NCBI RefSeq assembly: GCF_009914755.1
Contig: NC_060937.1
Length of the DNA: 64,000 bases
Strand: one strand, 5' to 3'
DNA from: the human T2T-CHM13v2.0 reference genome, Homo sapiens
Shown: piece by piece, positions 39,840-58,100 of the stretch
Layout of the letters: the number at the start of each line of letters is the position of its first letter
Numbering within the stretch: position 1 is the first letter of the stretch
Translations under genes and position numbers: made by a program
The notes under the pieces: model-generated
The model's database searches: none
Seen by the model: only the letters and a program-made list of their open reading frames with translations
What the model was told of the DNA's origin: nothing

Positions 39840-40989
39840 AGTAGAAGGCAGAGTGTGAGGAGAGGACTTCTGTGAGGAGCAGAGAAAAACGGTTTGAAAT
39901 GGCGATTTTGGAACTTCCCATGTTTTCCATAATTTCAAGAGAAAGCTGACATTTCTGAGTCCTTCCTGGCAGTAACCTAGGATATTTTTTCTCTTTCAGA
40001 GTTACAGAAGATGTACCATTTTCCATGTTTTTCCTTCTTTACCTTCATGTCCAGGCTAGAGAAGCACTGGTTATGTATAACAATGGGAGAGAATTCCAGG
40101 TCAGAAAGCCAGCAAGCTCTTGACTAATGGAAGCTATGTGTCCCTGGCAGGAGAGGTACTTCCAGGGGCTCCATTAGATGATCACTGCCTGTCCACAGCC
40201 GCCAGCCCCTTCATGACAGCATACCATCAAGAGTTTTCTAAATAGGAGCTTTCCAAAAACAACACCACAAAGTGCATCCCTCTTCTCTTAGTGATTGTCC
40301 GTGGAGTGGCCAAGGGTAGACTTGGGTAGCAAGAGTATAATAACTTTTTATTTTTGGAAACAAAAAGCAAGTCTACTTATTGGCAGCTAAAATGCTGGCA
40401 TAGGCCAGAGAGAAAAGTTCAGATTACATGGCTTTCCAATGCCCTTGTTTTTGTAAACCAACCCCTGGGGCAATGGCTTTGGCAAATCTCTCAGTAGTTG
40501 CCTTTGAGGAAATCTACCAGAAGTCTTATTCTTTTGTTTTGAAATGTGGATATCAGTTGTAAAAAAATGAAACAAAAAGCAATAAAATAAAACAATCCTT
40601 TCAGTGACCCTGAGCTTCCCTCTGCTCCCTCTCCACTCATCTCTGCACCCTCAACAATGTGGCTCTGTGGGGGACATGCACCCTTGATACTGTGGCCCTG
40701 TTGTTGGTAGGGGGGTGCCCCAGACTCCATGCCAGCTTCTCCCAGCCAGGCCTGATCAGCAGGACCCACAGCCAGTTATGAAGTCCTTTTGTTTGGAGTT
40801 GGGTTCCTGTAGAGAGTAGCCAGCTATCGCCGTGGTGATGTGGAGAAATCAATCTGGCTTCAGCTGTGAGATAAAGGAATTGACATAGTTAAGCTCCATT
40901 TTGCCATAAAATCATACAAATTTGAATTAGAGATTATTTAGCAGAATTCAGTTGAATTCCGAGAATAAAAAGTGATTAGCTCCTGGAAT

Positions 40990-41135
40990 GAGTGGAAAGG
41001 TCACTGAGAATTAAAGGTCTGAGGTTCTAGTCTTGGCTCTGCTGCTCTCCAGCCCTGTGAGCAAGGCCAGTCCCATCAGTCAGTTCTCTGCACTTCAGTT
41101 TTCTTCCCTGGTAAATGAGGAGGTAGGTGATGTGA
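40990..41135 (+). mobile_element. MIR/MIR3 relic
   Basis: GGTTCTAGTCTTGGCTCTGC...CTCTGCACTTCAGTTTTCTTCCCTGGTAAATGAGG. Confidence 0.7.
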
Positions 41136-41399
41136 TCTTCCCAAAAAGTTTATTTATTTGGAGTACTCGACCCATTTACTTATTCAGTTATTCAACCTTT
41201 ATTTGTACCTTCCAAGTATAAATTAAGTTTACAAACTTTATTGATGATCTCATTACTTAATTCAACATTAATCAGCATTTTTTGTGCTCTAGGCACTAAC
41301 AGCTGGGTATACAAAGATACTGCCTGAACCCCTTAATGGGGAAACTGTGGAGAGTAGAAAATGAATTAATCACTTATGGTATTGTCCTTCTAAATATTA

Positions 41400-41668
41400 C
41401 CACTCTTTCTAGAGGCATTTCAGATGTCATGTCTGTCACATGCTTTCATTTCCCTTTATGCTACCTTAGACCTTTTTATGTGCATCTAATGAAATTTTTC
41501 ACATTCTGGCTTGCGTTGTTAGTTATTTATATTCCTATCTAATCTGCTTTTCTCAAGCCATGTTAACTTGAGGACAGGTGCCACATTGGGTCTCGTTGTT
41601 TTCTGTCTTCAATGGCAACAAGCATGGTGACTGACAATAGGTGCTCAATACATATTTGTTCAATTGCA
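41400..41668 (+). mobile_element. L2 3' end
   Basis: CTTGAGGACAGG...TAGGTGCTCAATACATATTTGTTCAATTG. Confidence 0.65.
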
Positions 41669-44241
41669 TCAACCAGTAGAATCCTCATTAATGGCTTTTT
41701 ATTGTCTATGTCCAGTTGCCTTTGTCAATGGTGTGATCTTGGTGTAACTAAGGACAAAACCCTGAGACTCCGTCGAGGTTGGGTGTTCATCTGGAAGCCA
41801 GAGAGAAAATTTTCAGAGACGTGGAGGATTTTTTTTTCCCTTGAAGACAGGAAAACTCACATTATTAACCACAGAATTTTAAGAAGAGTTTCTTTTGTTA
41901 GCATGAAGTATTCTGGATTATGGCATATGTATTATGACACCCCTTCCTCATGGACACCAGGAATATTCATTGCTAATGGCTGGTGGTTTAAATTTCCCTT
42001 AAAACAGCTATAAATCTGGCTGCAGGTGAGAATTTGTTAAGGGCCACAGGATACTTTCTGAATCCCATAGCTAAGAGGTTAAGGGGAGACAGTCTTAGAA
42101 TCTGCTAGGGAAACCCAGGAAACTGATATGACCTGGGCTGATGATATTGCACTTAGATGCACTAACTTGATACAGACTATTTTTAATGGGTTCACCTTAA
42201 GAAGTGGCAAAAACTATATGCTGTTGAGTGTCATGTGTTGGAGGAAAGCCTGCAAAATAATGGTACCTATTATTTATGGAATGCTTCCAATGTGCTAGAT
42301 TCTCATTCCCTGTGTTATTCCATTGAGTCCTCACAATGATAGTGTTGGATTGGAAGGAGAGGAGGCAATCAATGCCTTACTCATTAGTAGGGGGTGGTTG
42401 AAATCTAACTAGTTGGTGTAGTCAGACAGTAGTCTCAAACAAAAATGTGTTTGTGCGATGGTTATTGGCTCCAAGATTGTCATTCAGATGATCTAGAATA
42501 TCCTTATAGTAATTTTCAGAAGCTATTGATAGAAGTAACACCTGCCCTCAGTCCCAAACACTTAAATTCTGATAGAGAACTGTAGATTCCTGGGAATAGG
42601 CATGTGAACTTTCACGGTTCAAAAAAAATCACAGCTTGAAGCATTAGTGATGCTTGGAAATGAACTAAAGCAAGATTATCTTTAAAAATAAATATTACCA
42701 GCCTGAGACGCTCCAGCTGTGTTTGTGATAAAACCTTCTGTGTCTTTATCACTCCCTCCCAGCATGTTGTGTTGGAAATCTACCTGGGCCTAGAAGCAGG
42801 TTTTCAGCAAAGCCTCTGGAAGAGATGTCTTGGCCTGATTCACCCTTCTCCAAATGGATAGCTTTGGATTTACTCTGAAATCAGACTTTCGACCCAAATG
42901 TGCCACTGGAGTTGGTTTACTTTTGGCAAAGCAAGACTTCATGTTTTTCAGAAAACAGATTTAAAGAAGCTTAGACAAGAGACTCATGAGCTTTCTTGCA
43001 CACCAATCAGTTCTTGCAAAATAGCATTTTAATTATTTAAGTGCAAGTGAATCAGAAACATCTGAATTAAATTTTCTTCAAAAAAAAAATACAATTGGCT
43101 TTTGAAACCAAAGAGAGAAAGTGCTTGGTTAGCTAAAAACAATTTAGGTTTTGTGGTAACCCCAAAGTGTTTGAAAAACAATTTACATATTTGATGAGCT
43201 CAAAATGTCTCTGGATTAGGCCTTGTTCCCAGGATAAAATAGACAATAAATATAGACATTTAAAACAGGGTCATATTGGGTTCCATTTCACAGGATCTCA
43301 CATTTGGTAATCAAAAGTTGAAAAAGCCTGTCCTTACTTTTTACACAGTACACTTTCAAAACCATTAACTCTTTTAAGAATTATTCAAATTTTGAAAATC
43401 TCTTATGAACTAGACTTTTTATGGTGTCAAAGTAGAATAACTAGTCAAACAATTTAATAACATTTTTATAGTTTCTTTTAGCTGAGTCTATCTTGTACAA
43501 AGGGCAAATTATTTCAGAAGTCTAAGAGTGTTTATGTCCTCAGAGAGAGCTGTGGGACTACAACACATTCTCCCATAAAAATGAGTCATCAAGATATTTT
43601 GTGGAACTTAGATTTGGTTTTATTCGTGGGAGATTCACCAAATTGGGTTGATTAGTGCTTGTTCATTAATTTGTGCTGTCCTTGCATTTTCTTAGCAAGC
43701 TCCTATTTAACCAGAAGTGTTTTCCATTTGATGGGAATAAATCCAGCCACCAAGAGTGAATTGAATTTCTGGCTGACCAGTAGTGAAGTTTAGGTAGAAA
43801 CCAAAACTGGGAAATGACCATTGAAAGATAGTCACTGATCAAAAAGAACCTATCAACTGAAACTTGCCATGAACTGACAATGTGGTCAGTAATTTAATGT
43901 TGAGTAATTTAATACACTTAAAGCCAGAAGATTTGAATTTCTCTCTAAACATGTTAGTAGCAGGCAAATCATTTAGCCTCTTCCCCTGGTCTGTGAAAGC
44001 TCTGTTTGATTCTAGTGAATCAGAGAGAAAGAGCGACTGACACTGGATTCGCAGAGCAAAGAGAGATAGGATGCTGACAAGGTACAATTCTTCCATATTT
44101 ACGTGTCAGTTTAGATTCTCTAATATTACCTTGGCTTGATCAGGTTTCTGCTACTTCTATCGAATCTTTATAAACTATATGCAGAGTCTTTTGTTTGAAG
44201 CCTGATCTTATTTCCTTCCAGGGTCTTAAAAATAGATGGTA

Positions 44242-48708
<4,467 letters not shown>

Positions 48709-48714
48709 GTCTGT

Positions 48715-49077
48715 GTAAGGAAATGTAAATAGAAATGTGTTATGTGGACTTCCCAGGAGTTCTTTAAAGGAAGCTAATGGAGAAGAAGGGGCTGCTCTTT
48801 CCTAGTTGCCTTTCTTCCTTCTTCTGGCCTGAAACTCCAGCAGCCTTTTCGAAACATGAAGTGACCTTGAGTATGGGGGCCAAGTACTAGAGTGTTGAAG
48901 TTTAGAAGCCTAGGTCTCTGATGGTACTGTGGAGTAGCTTCACCAACCTTGAACTGCTTACTCATAATTTGTTGGGTTTTTTCTCTTAACATGAGAAGAA
49001 AATTTCTATCTTGTTTAAGCCACTGTTATTTTGGAGTTGTTTATTCCATGCAGCCAAACTATAGTCAAACAGATACA
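48715..49077 (+). mobile_element. Old MLT1 (MLT1I/J-like) LTR, 3' part
   Basis: TTTCTATCTTGTTTAAGCCACTGTTATTTTGGAG...TGCAGCCAAAC...GATACA terminus. Confidence 0.75.
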
Positions 49078-49477
49078 GGATATGTTAGGGATTCTCATCA
49101 GGTCCTATAGGAGTTGAGAGCAGAGGGGCCTCAGCAGGAGGCAGGAAAGTCTCTCCAGAGAAGGAAATCCTTGAATGAGTCCTGAAGAAGGAATGGCAGC
49201 TTGTCGCAAGGACAAGGTTGGGCAGAGCAGGAAGAGTGATGCATGTTGAAGTAGTGGTCAGAACGGGGATCTGCTGCAGCCTTGGGAGGGAAAGTACCAT
49301 ATTCACAGAGCAAGTTAATTACAGATCAAAAGAAAGAATTCCAGACTTGCTCGATGCTCCCTCTCTTTCTAGCCCTATATCCTCCATGTCAGTTGGCTTT
49401 AGTAATCAAAATATTGAAGAAAGTTTAAGATGGCCATGAGCACTCTACCCTGGCCTGAAAATCTAGGTGCTCTTTAA

Positions 49478-49530
49478 AGCAAGGAAGCAAGCAAGCAAGC
49501 AAACAAAGAAAGAAAGAAAGTAAGTAAATA
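49478..49530. repeat. Compound (GCAA)n/(GAAA)n/(GTAA)n microsatellite
   Basis: Directly visible; adjoins an antisense L2 3' end. Confidence 0.8.
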
Positions 49531-49680
49531 AAATATTTGCAGAACGCCTGCTATGAATAAAACCTTGTACCAGATGCTGATGAAAAAGTGCCTAGGGGAT
49601 ATTAAAAATGAATTAAATAATTCTTGCTTTTATGGGGTTTCATTCTAAGAGTGAGGATGACATCTGCACACATAATAAAA
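49530..49680 (-). mobile_element. L2 3' fragment
   Basis: AAATATTTGCAGAACGCCTGCTATG...CTTGCTTTTATGGGGTTTCATTCTA. Confidence 0.55.
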
Positions 49681-51054
49681 AAGTAAACAAAGAAAAATTG
49701 CAATGGGGAATGGGAAAGTGTTGAGTGTGGATTGAAGGGAGGTGGCTTTTACCCACAAGGGTCCAACTGAGAGCTGATGTTTTAAAATTTCATCTCACCC
49801 GTAAGACTGAGAGGGATTTCCCAGGGTCTGGGAGCAGAAATCAGAGAAGCAGTAAAGTGGAGGATGTGATAGCTCTAGAGACCACCCTGTAGCACAGTGA
49901 TGGATGATGGCTTGGCTTCCAGGGAATAAGGTAAGCATGAAAGCCTCTTTTGTGAAAATAGGCTTAGAGAGACTTGCTTATAGCTAGAGGATGCTTCTAG
50001 GTAGGAGATGATGCTATGTGCAACCTACATGCAGAAAGATGTTGAAAGAGAGGTCAAAGTTAGGACATGGAACAAAAGCCCTGGCAAAATTCAAGCAGAC
50101 CTTGACTTTGGGAGAGCCTGGAGCAGACTAAGTAATTGTGAAGTCAGCTGGCCATGTCTCCCCAAAATACTCCTGGTATTTGCTTTTTGTGGTCTGGGAT
50201 GTCCCAGACTCAACAGGGAACAAGATCAGAAGAAGAAAACAGTGACATTTGTAGCCAAGTATGAGATGAATTTCAGTAACTGGTATATAGTAGGAGAAGC
50301 CCAAGTATAGGGGGAAAAAAAAGCATTTATGCCGGGGCTGGGATACCAATTTCAGAAGGTGACTTATCTGAAAATTTATAGGAAGTGCAACAAAAATTTG
50401 GTTTTTTTTAAGTCATGGTGGAATGGTGGAGAAAAGGTGAAAGGTAGACATCTGCTTTGCTTCATATGCCAAGACACAGCCCTTTCTGCTGCAGGAGAGG
50501 ACTTTCCAGATCTACATAGTGGTTGGGGGGATAGGGTAGAAAATGAAGATAAATGTACCAACATATCATTTCCAGAACAATTTTATATCCCAAGAAAACT
50601 CTGACAGTCTAGGCACCCCCGACTCCTGCAGGAATAATAATGTTAAGAGATTTATTGCTTAGAGGAATGTCTCATATGAACGGATAGCTTTAGGAAAGAC
50701 AGAGTTTCAGGGTACAGCTTCAGAAGGAGACAAAGCCATGCCTTAGGGCCCCAACAGGGCCTTTGTGGCTTATAAGGTTCCTATGTTTTGGGCCAGGGCC
50801 AGCACTCAACCCAGAGCTGTATTGACCCGGGCATGGGATCCTTTGCTTAGAACATGGTCCTGGACTCACCAGAAAATGCTTTTGTCTGAAAGAGCAGAGC
50901 CACCAGCATGGGATCTATTGTGGGTAGAGAGACAACCCTCATGTTCCAAAGAAGTTAATACAAACTATATATTGGTTTGCAAGTCAGAAGAAAACACTGC
51001 TAGCATCTGCTGTTGCTCTCCCCTTCCCATCTTTTGTCTATGAATATATCAAGG

Positions 51055-51185
51055 TATGGTGGTTTCATGCATGGATTCTGGAACCAATCTGGATTCTGCT
51101 GCCTGCTGACCGTGTGGCCTTGTGTAAGTTACACAGCTTTCCTTGGTCTCAGTCCCCTCCTTTTCAAAATGGCCTGTGTTAAAGG
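51055..51185 (+). mobile_element. MIR relic
   Basis: GCATGGATTCTGGAACCA...GTGTGGCCTTGTGTAAGTTACACAGC...GTCTCAGT...AAAATGG. Confidence 0.65.
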
Positions 51186-51188
51186 TGC

Positions 51189-51192
<4 letters not shown>

Positions 51193-51232
<40 letters not shown>
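51193..51232. repeat. (GT)20 microsatellite
   Basis: Perfect dinucleotide run. Confidence 0.97.
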
Positions 51233-51234
<2 letters not shown>

Positions 51235-51319
51235 GTTTTGAAGTATTTCTAGTTGACTCGTGAGAATTATTTGTCTATTAAGAATACTAATATATTGTCT
51301 TCCAGAGGCAGGGTTTTCT

Positions 51320-51940
51320 GCCACTTAGTTATTTGTTAATGACATTTTCGATATATAGACATTTTAATTCTTTATGTAATCAACTTTACTTTTAGATTTA
51401 TAGAATTACTTTTTGCCTAGCAAGTTTTCTCCATCCCAGTAGAAACACTTGTATGCCAACTTTATAGGATCATTTTTACATTTAACTTTGTAATCCATTT
51501 AGAGATTATTTTTATATAGTGTATAAAGTTCTAAGTAGTTTTTTAAAATTTACTTAGAATAGTTGAATAATTCATTATTTCTCTATTAGTTGGTGGTTCT
51601 TTATCAAACATTAAATTCTAATATATAATATAATCTGTTTTTAGCCTTATGATTCTTGCCAATATCACATTGATTAATTAAAATAGTGCTATAATATATT
51701 TTAATACTTGGTCATGTAAGTCTTCTGGATTACTTTTCCTTTTCAAAATCTTCTTACCTGTTTCTGCTTGTTTATATATTCAAATGAACTTCAGATTATT
51801 TTATTTCTAAATAAATCTCTATTGAACAAAGAAATAATTTTAAAGTATTCAGTCTCCCATACAAAGACATGATCTTTCCTCTTTCTTACCATATGTTATT
51901 AAAGTTAAATTTTATTTTATAGGTCATGCACATTTCAAGA
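51320..51940 (-). mobile_element. Diverged L1ME ORF2 fragment
   Basis: T-rich, with TTTTTACATTTAAC...ATCCATTTAGAGATTATTTTT and CAAATGAACTTCAGATTATTTT landmarks. Confidence 0.6.
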
Positions 51941-52003
51941 TTAATCAGTCAACAAATATTTAACTAGTGTCTGCTGTGAGAGTCTGCAAGGCTATTTCAC
52001 TTT

Positions 52004-52073
52004 TGTGCATGTGCATGTGCAAGTGTGTGTGTGTGGATCCACATCCACACACACACACACACACGTGTGGATC

Positions 52074-52109
<36 letters not shown>

Positions 52110-52114
52110 GAGAG
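52004..52114. repeat. Compound (TG)/(CA) microsatellite with duplicated GGATCC-centred palindromes
   Basis: (TG)n GGATCC ACATC (CA)n CGTGT GGATCC ACATA (CA)n. Confidence 0.9.
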
Positions 52115-52576
52115 AAAGCTTGGCATCTGAAATAAACCTTCTGAGATTTGGCCTTTGTAGGCAGATAAATGACTCTCCTCAATTCAATGAGAGCATCCTT
52201 CCAGTATCTTTTTGTAGATGACATTTTAATCTCAATGCCTTTCACCACTGTATTGATTCCAAGATGGCAATGGCAACAGTGAATACCAAACTTTCCCAAT
52301 AGCTGACTTCACTATGCCTTCTATGGTTCAACTAAGGGTTAAATGGTCAGGTGCCCATTTGAAGAGTCTCAGCCTTCTCACTCTGCTGAAACAATATAAT
52401 GGACTGAGACAAAAACACTAGTAAATAATCATTACTGGGATCTTTGAGGGGGCCTAATAAATCCACCCTTATTCCCTGCCTGATTTATAAGCCAACTGAT
52501 AAAATATAAGTAAGCAGAAGGACAACTTTATCAGGCTAAATTGAGGGTATAGCCCAGTATGAGAGCCATAATGAGC

Positions 52577-52607
52577 CCCTCAGCCTTAGCCTCAGCCTCA
52601 GCCTCAG
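52577..52607. repeat. (CTCAGC)5 hexamer repeat
   Basis: CTCAGC CTTAGC CTCAGC CTCAGC CTCAGC. Confidence 0.8.
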
Positions 52608-52909
52608 CCCCCTATAGTTCAGCTACAGAAGGAAGGAGGGAGAAAGGAAATGTCTTTTTTTCCCTGGGAATTTTGATAGATTATCTCAACCTAGAAAAGT
52701 GGGAGAATGGCTATTACTTTACACCCAAGTTAATTTATTTCCCTTGGTGGGAGGAGTAAAGAAGGCATTCAGTGAAAAATATTTCCTTCCTTGTGAAAAC
52801 CAGGAGGGAAAAGAGGCAATCCCTCTCAGTAGTCAAGGTTAGGGTCAGGAACTACAGCTCTGCATGTAATCTCACCCTGAGAATTAGGCTTGACTTTATT
52901 GGGCTGATG

Positions 52910-53320
52910 ACTTATGTGTTCATCAAGTATTTATGTGCCTACCCTGCACCAGGGATAGTTCCAGGCACTGTCAGGGGAGGGGCAGTTAACTCTGAAGACT
53001 GAAGACAAGACTGAAAGTCCCTTGGAGCTTGCAGTCTAGAGGGGGAAATGCAGACCACAATGGAGAAAGCAAAGAGAAATGTTAAGCCAAGAAAAATACA
53101 ATAGGATGATAGAAGGAGATGGGGCATAGGGGTGGGGCTTGAGTCTGGATAAGCCTCCGAGGAGGTGACATTAAACTGAGGCTTAAAGAATGAGGAGAAA
53201 AAATCAGCCATGTGAAGCTCTGGAAGGATAGGGCTCCTGGAATATGTAGCAGCTGAGTCCTCAAGGTAAGTACGATCTTGGACTGTCTTAGGAATGTGGA
53301 TGACAGCTGGAGGTTGTGTG
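52910..53320 (-). mobile_element. L2a 3' region
   Basis: TTCATCAAGTATTTATGTGCCTAC...GGAGCTTGCAGTCTAG...GAGGAGGTGACATTAAACTGAG. Confidence 0.8.
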
Positions 53321-53926
53321 CCAGGGGGAGAAGCTGCAGGACCGACCACAGTGCTCTCCTGAACCTCCCTTTTGAACTGGCAGCAACGGTGCAGAGAGGA
53401 GATTTGCAGGGTCCTCTGACAGATTGCCAAGGCCCTCAGAGGCTGGGGCTCACTGTGATCAGGCATGGTATTTCCATTGCAACAAGAACCTTTGGCTTAA
53501 ATCTCCACTCGTTAAAGGAATATGTCATTGAAGTGATCACTTTTGCTTTAGGTAAGCCTCTATGAGGGAAAGCAAGCCTGCTTGATCTGGAGGTATGGAA
53601 ATGGATCAAAATTAAGGCCCCAATCTAATCTCTTAACACCCTTAACACCTAAAACTTATGTCAAACCAAGACCTCTCTAGCAGCCATGAGCAGATAATCC
53701 CACTACTGTTTATGCCGGGCGCTTGGGGATACAATGGTGGATTAAAAAAAAAAATCTGGTCCCTGCGCTATCTAGCCTAGAGTCTCATGGAGATGATAGA
53801 TGCTAAGAATAATTAAATAAAACATTGTTTTTGCCTGGTTAGGTTTACTCCTAGGTATTTTATTGTTGTGTGGCTATAATAAATGGAATATGTCCCCCAT
53901 TTTATATTCTAACTGGTTATTGCTAG

Positions 53927-54082
53927 TTGTATTAATTTGCTAAAGCTGCCATAATAAAATACTACAAACTGTAGGCTAAAACAGTAAAAATTTATTTTCT
54001 TACAGCTCTGGAGATTGGAAATCAAAGATCAAGGTGCCTGCAGGTTTAGTGTCTTCAGAGACCTCTCTCCTTGACTTTCAGT
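53927..54082 (-). mobile_element. MLT1A-like LTR fragment
   Basis: TGTATTAATTTGCTAAAGCTGCCATAATAAAATACTACAAACTG...CTGGAGATTGGAAATCAAAGATCAAGGTG. Confidence 0.8.
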
Positions 54083-54084
54083 TG

Positions 54085-54320
54085 AGTTGATGATTGGTTT
54101 CACAAAGGGATTTAGCAAAGGGGAAGCCATTAGTGACTTTGACCAGAGTAGTTTTATTAGAGTGGTATGAGGGAAAGCCTGACTGTAACGTATTTAAGAG
54201 GGAATAGGATGAGGGGAATTAGAGAAAAATATTATGAGCAATTCTTTAAAAGAGTTTGGCAAAAGAAATAGAGCAGTAATTGAAAGGGGAAATGTAGTCC
54301 GAAGAGGGATTTCTTTTTTA
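54085..54320 (-). mobile_element. L2 fragment
   Basis: GGATTTAGCAAAGGGGAAGCCATTAGTGACTTTGACCAGAGTAGTTT. Confidence 0.65.
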
Positions 54321-54391
54321 AAGAAGTATATAAAAGTCAACCTTACTGAGGTATAATTTGTATGGGATAGAGTGTATCAATTTTTTTAAAT

Positions 54392-55140
54392 GTTCATTTT
54401 TTAATTGACAAATTAATATTGCATATATTTATCATGTACAACATGATGTTTTGAAACATGTACACCTGGTGGAACAGATCAGTTGAGCTAATTAACATGA
54501 ACATTACCTCACATACTTATTTTTTATATTGAGAACACTTAAAAATCTACTCTCAGAGATCTTCAGAAGTACAACGCATTGTAATTAACTATAGTTACCA
54601 TGATGTACAATAGATCTCTTGAACTTCTTTCTCCTATCTAACTGAAATTTTGTATTCTTTGACCAACATCTACCCAACCATCTCCCTCACCCCTGGTGAC
54701 CACCATTCTATTCTCTGCTTCCATGAGTTTGACTTTTTTAGATTCCACATATAAGCCAGATCATGTGGTATTTGTCTATCTGTGCCTGGCTTATTTCACT
54801 TAACATAATGTCTTACAGGTTAATAATCCATGCTGTCACAGATGACAGAATTTCCTTTTTTTAAAAAAATGGCCGAATAGTGCCTTCCATTGTGTATATA
54901 AACCATATTTTCTTTTCCATTTGTCTGTTGATAGACACTGAGGTTGCTTCCATATCTTGGCTGTTGTGAATAGTGCTGCAGCGAACATGGGAGTGCAGAT
55001 ATTTCTTCAATATACTGATTTTATTTCATCTGGGTGTATAACGAGAGGTGGAATTGCTGGATCATATGATGGTTTTATTTTTTATTTTTTTGAGGATTTT
55101 TTTTACCTCCATACTGTTTTGCATAGTGGCTATACTGATT
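54392..55140 (-). mobile_element. L1MA8-like 3' end
   Basis: TTTTTAATTGACAAAT...TGTACAACATGATGTTTTGAAA...GAGCTAATTAACAT...TGTACAATAGATCTCTTGAACTT. Confidence 0.88.
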
Positions 55141-58100
55141 CAAAATGAATTCATTTTGAGTGTCCATTTAGATGAGTTTTGACAAATGTATATGTCCGTG
55201 AAACCACCACCATAATTGGGACAGAGAATATTTACATCATCTCCAAAAATTTCCTTGTCCTTCCCAGCCAATTCCTCCACTGCAGACTCAGGCAACCACT
55301 AATCTGCTTTCTGTCACTATAGATTATATTTGCCTTTGAAAGAATTTTGTTTAAAAGGAATCACACAGTATGTACTCTTTTGTGTCAGGATTTTTTCATT
55401 CAGCATTTTTTTGTTGTTTTATCCATGCTTTGGTTTTATCCATGCTTTTAGTGTATCATAGTTTATTCCTTGAATTTACAGGTAGAATTATTTTGTCTGG
55501 ATACACCACAATTTGTGTATCTATTCACCTGATGATGTACATTTATGTTGTTTCCAGTTGGGGCCATTATGAACTAAGGTGCTATGAACATTTCATGTGT
55601 GAGCCTTTGTGTGGACCTGTATTTGTATTTCTATTGAGTAAATACTTTCAGAACTGATTTTCTGGATGAAATAGTAAGTGCCCATATAACTTTGTAAGAA
55701 ACCACCAAATTGTTTACTATAGCAATCATACACTTTTCATGTCAAAAGTATATGAGTGTTCCAGTTGCTCCAGATTCCTCTAACATTCGCTATTGTCAAT
55801 CTTTTTAACTTTAGCTAGCCTAGTGGGTGTGTAGTTGGTATCTCATTGTGATTTTCTGTTTCTTCTTAAAGCAGTTTTGTAATATGAAATTTGCAAGGAA
55901 TTTGTTCACTTCATCTAAGTTGTCCAGTTTATTGTTCTAAAGTTATTTATAATATTCCTTTACTCTCCTTTTTGTGCCTGTATGGTCTGTCATGGTGCCC
56001 TTGTTATCATTTCTGATATAGATTTGTGACTTCAATCTTTGTTATTGTTGATTATGATTAGTTTAGCTAGGGCTTTATCAAATTTAGTGTTTTCAAAGAT
56101 ATAACTTTAGACTTTGTTCATTTTCCTTATTTTTTTGTTGGTTTTTTATTTTGTTGGTTTTGTCCTCATATTTGTTATTTTATTCCTTCCATTTACTGTG
56201 CACTTAATTGGTCTTCTTTCTCTAGCTTACTAATGTGGAAGTTAAATAATTGATTTTTTAAGATTTTCTTTCCTAATGTAAGCATTTAAATTTATAGATT
56301 TCACTCTATATACTGTTTCAACTGCATTCCATGAGTTTTGACATATTGTTTTCATTTTCATTCAATTTAAAAAAGTCTAATTTCCATTGTGATTTTTTTC
56401 TTTGACTCCTATGTTATTTAAAAGTATGTGTGTTTGTTAATGTACACATTTTCCAGGTTTTTTTTCTGTCATTGATTTTCATCAATGCCATTATGTTCAG
56501 GGAACATATTCTGTTATTATCTCAGTCTTTTAAAATTTATTGAAACTTTATTATGGCCCAGCATATATCTTAATGAATGTGTCCTTAAAAAACAAACGTG
56601 TGTTCTGCTGTGGTTGGAAAAAGTCTTCTATAAATGTCAATTAGATCAAATTTTTAGTATTGTTGTTCAAGTCTTTTATATCCTTACTGATTTTCTCTCT
56701 ACTTTTCCTATCTATTACTACGATAGCAATGATGAAATCTCCAGTTATATCTGTGGGCTTATAAATCTTTCCTTTTAGTTCTGCCAAATTTTGCTTCAGA
56801 TAGCTTGAAGTTCTGTTATTGGGTGTATATTCATTTAGGATCGAGATGTTTTCATGGTGAATTGATCATTTTGCCATTTGTTATTATTGACTTTTGCATA
56901 AAGATTTCCTTTTATTTTTTATAATGTAGGGCTACTATTGATGAATTTTCTCAAGCTTCTCTGAAAAAGTTCTTATTTCACCTTCATTTTTAAGGCTATT
57001 TTACTGCATAGAGAACTATAGAAATCATTTTCCCCTTATTCTTTTAACAATATAATTCCATTGTCTTCTGGCTTGCATAGTTTCTGATGAGGATTTGTAC
57101 GTTGATTTTCTTTGTTCCTCAGTGCATAATGTCTTTTTTTCCCTATGGCTGCATTTAAGATGTTTCTTTTTCACTTATTTTTAGCAATTTAATTATTATA
57201 TGCTTTCGTGTGTGGTGTATGTGGTATATGTGTGCATTACATGTATTTATTCTGCTTGAGATTTGTTGAGCTTCTGAAATAATGGGTTTAGAGTTTTAGT
57301 CACATTTGGAAACATTTTAGCCCTTATTGCTCTCATCCCCTTTTGAGACTCCAGTTACATAGATATTAGACTGCTCGATATCACCTCAGAGGTCTCTGAG
57401 GCTCTGATTTTTTTTTTAGCCTCACAACTCTTTGTGTTTTATTTTAGACAAATTCTATTCTTAGGTCTTTTTTGTACAATATAGAATCTGACGTTCATCC
57501 CATTCAGTAAAATTTTTACTTCAAATATTATATTTTTTTATCCCTGGAATTCCACTGGGTTCATCTAAATTTCTTCCATTTCTCTCTTTATTATGTTCAT
57601 GTTTTTCTATAAATATTTGTATGTAGTCATAATATTTGCTTTAATGTTTTTGTCTACTAACTCCATCATCTCTGTTACTTCTGCACTGGTGTCAATTCAT
57701 AGATTCTCTCCTGATTATCTGCACATTTTCTGTCCTTTGGCATGTCTAGTAATTTTTAATTGAATGACAGGCATTGTGATGCTATCTTATTGAGTGTTTG
57801 GATTTTGTTGTCTTCCTCCAAAGACTGTTGAGCTTTGTTTTAGCAAGCAGTTAAGGTTCTTTCAAGTCACTTTGCTCCCACTGAAGCCTGTTTTTAAACT
57901 TCACTTAGGCTAGGGTGGAGTAGACTTCACTCCAGGGATGGCTCACCTCCATCACTAAGGCATACTTTCTCTGGTACTGCTACTAAATGTTTTTGGATTT
58001 TGTTTACATCAAAATATGAGTTGCTTATTGTTCAGTGGGCTCTTTCATGATATAGATGTGTTTTATTTTAGCTCTGTTAAATGGTTTTTTATTATAGTTA

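Noticed and set aside
52939-53466. 175-aa minus-strand ORF
   Set aside because: Overlaps an L2 relic; no recognisable domain
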